Of a stretch of 64,000 nt of DNA, positions 61,104 through 64,000 are shown piece after piece (the stretch's first letter is position 1; each line of letters starts with the position of its first letter). The notes under the pieces were generated by a model, which saw nothing but the letters and a program-made list of their open reading frames with translations, was not told where the DNA came from and made no database searches. A program made the translations under genes and the position numbers. Location: the NCBI GenBank assembly GCA_026936335.1, contig JAPMXV010000020.1:1-64000 (forward strand). The letters are read 5' to 3'. The stretch comes from Mantamonas sphyraenae STR306. Taxonomy: Eukaryota > Protista > CRuMs.

Positions 61104-64000
61104 TCATCCAAGTCGGATGCCGGCTGCATTGTTGCCCAGGGCAACCCCCATGCCGTCGTCTTTCAGCGTGCGTTCGTTGTCGAAATCAGGACGCTCGAAT
61201 TCGACCGGTTTGGCGGCGGAACGGACGTCGTCCAACATTTGTCCCTTCTCCTTGCACAGCTTGCCCAGCTGCGAGTACAGCTTGTCCAGGATGCTGTCCT
61301 TGAGCAAGCCTCCGCCTTTCTCTGTGCGCATGCCCTGCTTGAGTGCAAAGGCCTCCAGGTCCTTGCGCAGCATCAGATTGTAGCACAGCGAGGTGGGTGA
61401 TTGCGGAGAAAAGACCAACTCTTTGTCCTTGAACGCACTCATGCGTCGGTTCTGTTCCCACAGGTCCGAAAAGAACACATACCAGTACGCCAGCGTGGGA
61501 TGAGCGTCGTAGAACTCCAGCCGTCCGTAGAGGTAGTCCAGGCCCGCGGCGTGCTTCACGGCCAGCGCTTTCAGCGCAGGCAGCTTTTCGCCCACCCGCA
61601 GAAACTGCACCAGCTCGTTGCGCGGCAACACGTCGTTGTTGTACACGTAGTACCAGAAGCCATTGCTGAGCACAGACTCCTTCTCCAGCTGTTCGTCGTG
61701 CAGCTTGTCCCTGTAGATCTTTGCTCGCTTCACAAGCTGCCGCGTGCTGCTGGTCAACCATTCCTGATTACCGGCGTCGGCAAACAACGCCTTCAGCTGC
61801 TCCGTCTCCTCAAACTGGTCGGTGATACCCAGCTCCGGATGGCCAATGGTCACCTTTTCGTCCGTCCATACCTGTCCCTCGGCCTCACCCCGTCCGTCCT
61901 CAAAGTGCATGCGCACGGTGAAGCCGGGCGCCCAGTCGTACTTTTTCCGCGCGCTCACCTCCAGACGGCCGCGATGGAACACAAACTCCACCTCCATGCT
62001 TCGCTTGGCCTCACCTGCGCCCAACTGCTTCATGCGCATCTCCCGATATGTAAAGTTGACCATTTGACCGGACAGCGCACGCAGCTTCGTGCGAATGCTG
62101 CGCTTGCGGCGCACCTCTGGGCTGCGGTTCAGCTCGGCAAAGCGGACCAGGCTGGCGTTGTCCTTGATGAAGGCAACCTCGGTGCTGTCGTCGTACACCA
62201 TCACACACTGGAACGGAAACGGGATCACGTACATCTTGCCAAAGTAGGTGCGTGTCTTTTGCACCACCTGCTGCTGCTGCTGTCCCTTGTTCTTCCCCTT
62301 CTTCTGCTGCTCCTGCTGCGATTCCTCATCCACCTCTTCCTTCCCTCCATCCCAGTACACGTCGACGCCTTCCAGGTTTTCCCGAACAAACTTGCGCTCC
62401 AGTTGCACCTGTTTGCTCACCGGTTGGATGGCCTTGCGGTACTCCTCCACACCGATGCTGCCTGCCACATCCTTCAACTCCATCAGCCGGTCCGCACACG
62501 GTGCAAATTCCTCCACGTTGAGGAAGAGCGAGTCCCAGAACGCGTGCCAAATGCGCAGCTTGCGCTCCTTGCGCAGGTCCCACGCCATCTTTTGCGTGAA
62601 ATCCACACGCGATGTCAGGTTCTTCAACTTGGTTTTGAAGAACTGGAAGCCCAACAGGGCAAAGAAGAGCATGATGAAGATGTTGAGGATGTTGATGAGG
62701 TTGAGGAGAATCGGGTAGCTGGGATCGGCCCCAATCAAGATGCGAGCATATCCCAGGCACACCGTGACGAGGGTTGTGATGCGACCCGACTGGTCGATGT
62801 GGTCGTCCTCATCCTTGATAAAGGGTGCGGTAAACAGCGACAGCGCGGTAAACACAGCCAGGATGGCAATGGAGGCGCCGGCCTGCACTGTGGGCATGGT
62901 GGCAAACAGGATCACCGCAAGAATCAGCGCCAGCTTGACCACCATGACGACCACCTTGTAGAACGCCCACTTGCGTTCGTATCCCTTGTACAGGAAGCGG
63001 TAGGGACACTTGTCCTTGGCCAGATCCTTTTTGTAGTCGTCGTCGGTGTACGTTTTGCGCCTGCCTTCTGCGTCGTAGAGCACCTCGGTGGGCTTGTTGG
63101 CCTGGATGATGACGTAACACTGGTAGGGCAGGTAGAAGGTGATGAGCACAATGGCAGGCAGGCATGCAATGATGTGAAGAATGTGCAGGGCTCCCCAGCA
63201 GCCCTCGGGAGCAAAGGCCTCCCTGTAGCTGCGATGGCAGACAAACATCTGGATGGCGTTGCGACTGATGGGCATGTACAGGGTGGTGAGGATGGTGAGG
63301 AGCACTTGGATGGACAGCAGCTCGCCTTTGCCGCGCTGCTCCCATTGCCTGCTCTCGTGGCCGTCGCGGATGGCATCCGGATCGTTTTTGTGTCGCCAGT
63401 AGAACACAGCCATGAGCACGAGACCCAACATGGTGATGATCCAAAACACGGCCAGGGGCGTCAATTGGGGCAGTATGATGTCAAAGTCGATGGCCACCAA
63501 CTCGGCCACGGCGCCAAACCAGTCGCGAAACTCGGGCGGCCAGTCGATGCCCGTGAAGAACAGACCCATGATTTGGAAAAAGTCTCGAAACACGTCAAAC
63601 TTGACCCAATCAAAGGAGAAGCTCCAGCACCAGTTGATGATGGGTCCCGCGTCGTCGTCACGGCCCAACGCACGCCGTTCGAAGCGCAACTCCGCTTCCG
63701 AACGGCTCAGGCTATAGTCTGCCTGTGTGCTTGTGCTCCACGCAGGTTTCACCGTTTTGAACTGGGCACTGTGCACCAGATCACTCAGGCTCGTGAACGA
63801 TTCCTCACTCAGCTGTGCCGTGGGAAAACACACGGGTTAGTGATTTGGAGTTTGGAGGGAACACATTCACAGGGGGTGCACGCAGGGAGCCCTGGTGGGC
63901 GTGTATCCACATGTGTGTGCATCTGCCATGTGTGCGCATGTGTGCGTGTGCGTGTGTGTGTGTGTGTGCGTGGTACGTACGGCGTTGTAGGATTGGGGAC
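61104..64000 (-). CDS. Multi-pass membrane protein with large cytoplasmic C-terminal domain, 5'-partial; exons 64000-63981 (continues beyond window), 63812-61104
   Basis: ~900-aa ORF with 7-8 TMs (FFQIMG, YRFLYKGYERKWAFYKVVVM); intron 63980-63813 with GTACGT donor, CTAAC branch point and CACAG acceptor. Confidence 0.8.

Noticed and set aside
1-64000. Non-standard genetic code, tRNA/rRNA genes, CRISPR arrays, transposons
   Set aside because: All three stops terminate conserved genes at plausible ends and conserved motifs translate normally; no RNA gene, spacer array or transposase/RT motif was seen by eye, though small RNAs could be missed.

Overview
Left end of a linear eukaryotic chromosome: (CCCTAA)n telomere at 1-234, then about 31 densely packed protein-coding genes, with no subtelomeric repeat block, mobile element or RNA gene recognised. 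The DNA is GC-rich and intron-poor. I inferred 18 short GT-AG introns by hand, nearly all near gene 5' ends, and convergent genes end 16-46 bp apart. Gene content (tubulin glycylase, TSNAXIP1-like, presenilin, ERH, TMEM43, MEIOB, membrane histidine kinases, ACL5-type polyamine synthase, LUD protein) suggests a flagellated, probably sexual, non-animal protist; the species cannot be named. Most notable: (1) a telomere-adjacent orphan built from four copies of an unrecognised ~140-aa domain, behind a TGAGT/hairpin cluster at the telomere junction; (2) a candidate Swt1-like HEPN RNase with an RGG tail; (3) two tandem histidine kinases with divergent sensors, near-identical kinase cores and only a pseudo-receiver; (4) a phosphodiesterase with two intact catalytic domains, only the first carrying introns; (5) a bacterial-style beta-helix fused to eukaryotic Cys repeats; (6) G/C strand-skew domains independent of gene orientation. 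All family calls come from recalled motifs and all exon structures from manual frame checks; no database search was run.
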